Part shown: in pieces, positions 62,400 through 64,000 of the stretch
Position numbering within the stretch: position 1 is the stretch's first letter
Layout of the letters: every line of letters starts with the position of its first letter
Assembly: GCF_902459465.1 (NCBI RefSeq)
Contig: NC_047079.1
Location: 7,688,001-7,752,000 of the forward strand
Length of the DNA stretch: 64,000 bases
Source: Asterias rubens
Taxonomy: Eukaryota
Direction of reading: 5' to 3'
Notes under the pieces: model-generated
The model's input: only the letters and a program-made list of their open reading frames with translations
Told to the model about the DNA's origin: nothing
Databases searched by the model: none
Program-made: the position numbers and the translations under genes

Positions 62400-62905
62400 C
62401 TATTTTGAGCTCATCTTTCTGAGACAGCTAGATGGTTCTGGAATCATGTGATACCGACACCGGAGCATGTGACGGAACACCTCCTTGAAGTGCGGGTGTT
62501 TCAGCCCGTAGATGACGGGGTTGATGGCGCTGTTGAAGACGACGAGAGTAGCAGTCGACGGGAGTTGATATCCTTCTGATGGAAACAACAGATGGATGGC
62601 GAAGGGGGCGAGACACACGATGAAGGCGCACATAATGTAGAAGAGATTCTTGGTGATTTCCACCTGTCTCTTCCTGACCTTCTGGAGTGGCTTGGTGCTG
62701 CTGGTCGATGCCTCCGCACTCTCAATACCATTCTCAGTCATCTTCTTCATGTGGCCTTTAATGTGGCGGTAGATCTTAAAGTAACAGACGAACAGAATGA
62801 TGAGTGCAATGGGGTAGACTAGAACAGCTGCCAGCAGAGAGAAGAGACCGCTTGTTTCAACCGAAGTGTCTTGAGTATATGTACCATACTTGCTGTTGCC
62901 CGCCG
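62400..62905 (-). CDS. Class A (rhodopsin-like) GPCR, ECL2-TM5-TM7 and tail only; partial gene or pseudogene fragment
   Basis: Y..IY in TM5, RQVEITKNLF, CLAP (CWxP-like), NSAINPVIY (NPxxY), helix 8 HPHFKEVF. No TM1-4 frame is seen upstream in the window. Confidence 0.7.
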
Positions 62906-64000
62906 AATATTTAAAAAACGAACAATATAACAAAGAGTTGTTCGGGTAGTTAAAGAGAAAACAGAATACTATTTTGTAAAACGATAAGCAGATAAAACTA
63001 CAATAACTCAAAATTAGACAGTTTGCTAAACCTTTATCTGTAATAATCTGTAGGCCCTATGGTGTTTTACTTCTTATAGTTTAGCAAGTAGGGCCTATAA
63101 CTATAACTTGTCTCAGTTGCTTAACTTCAAAGGAAAGACTCATTTGCCCAAGACGATCCCAACATCATCTAAACTCTCAACGAAACAATGATCCACAGTG
63201 CAATTTAAAGATTGTATAAATGTTTTTATGAAAACTGACGCGTCGACGCGTTTTCGGCACACAAAATCAAATAGAACAGAACTATTCAAATCGGTTCGTT
63301 GCGGCGTGCGGCGCTGTTTTATGTATGTAAGTTTTTGTCGAGTGGTGGCGCTATAGCAAAACAAAATAATGCGACGGGTTTAAGGCTGGTACCCAGCCTC
63401 TTCCAAACACGAGTGCGTGTTCTGGGAATAAGGAAAGTGTTAGCTGTTTGAATTATTAATTCGTACACAGACTAAAATAACAAACAACACAACGCTATTG
63501 TAGAAACTGAATGAGTAATCCGGAATGTGAGTTTTGTGGAAACCCGGACCCAGCAATTTTCAAAGAAAGGGAAAACTTAGTTATTAAAACATTAGGTTTA
63601 TGATGTTTTGTCTACCGAAAAGCACATTGTTTATGCCCTTGTCATTTTGCAGAATCTGAAAAACGGTGAAGACCATAGTAAAAATAGTATTGTGACAATG
63701 TCATCACAATTCATTGTGTTCGCCGCGTAAGTGTTGCGCAGCAATTGTAAACAAACGAGAATGAATGACATTTAAATTACTGACGGAGCATCATTTTATT
63801 GATCTTCTTTTAAGTCATGCTGGATTAAAGGATTGAGCGATGACAGTTTGAGCTTTGTCTCTTCAAATGGTCCAGGACTAAAGTTGAATCACAAACAGTT
63901 GGACTGAATGAAGTGAAATCATGTCACGCCCAAGACCACTCAATGGAATTTTGACGGTAAGTGAACAATCAAATTTTGTTTTTAGCTTGATTTTCGTTAA

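Noticed and set aside
35931-63200. Other CACAGTG heptamers (near 35931, 36582, 37843, 55710, 63195) as RSS partners
   Set aside because: No nonamer-like A-tract was seen at 12 or 23 nt and there is no TIR or TSD; they occur at about chance frequency.

Overview
Eukaryotic, intron-containing, AT-rich DNA from an invertebrate deuterostome. A sea star or other echinoderm is likely; this is inferred from the gene families and repeat types, not proven. From left to right: (1) the 3' half of a ClC-1/2-type chloride channel gene on + (to 8890). (2) An 18.5-kb tandem array (11931-30482) of six copies of the last coding exon of a class C GPCR. Two units carry the same 3.9-kb CR1-group LINE at the same site. 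(3) Three paralogous two-coding-exon class C GPCR genes on - (A 33087, B 45916, C 54094). Their glutamate pockets are remodelled and their tails end in a polycystin-1-like [K/R]VxP motif. (4) A 1.25-kb Transib-type transposon with perfect CACAGTG heptamers, an A-tract at a 23-nt spacing and a 5-bp TSD. (5) Three single-coding-exon genes encoding signal peptide + C-type lectin + PAN/apple domain, with a hypervariable ligand loop inside homogenised flanks; one has a single nonsense codon. (6) The TM5-TM7 part of a class A GPCR. Many MITEs, tRNA-derived SINE heads and minisatellites lie between. The best candidates for new biology are the multiplied terminal exon with LINE+/LINE- 3' UTR choice, the putatively ciliary chemoreceptor cluster, the CTLD-PAN variable-cassette family and the RSS-like Transib. 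No CRISPR, rRNA or convincing tRNA genes were seen.
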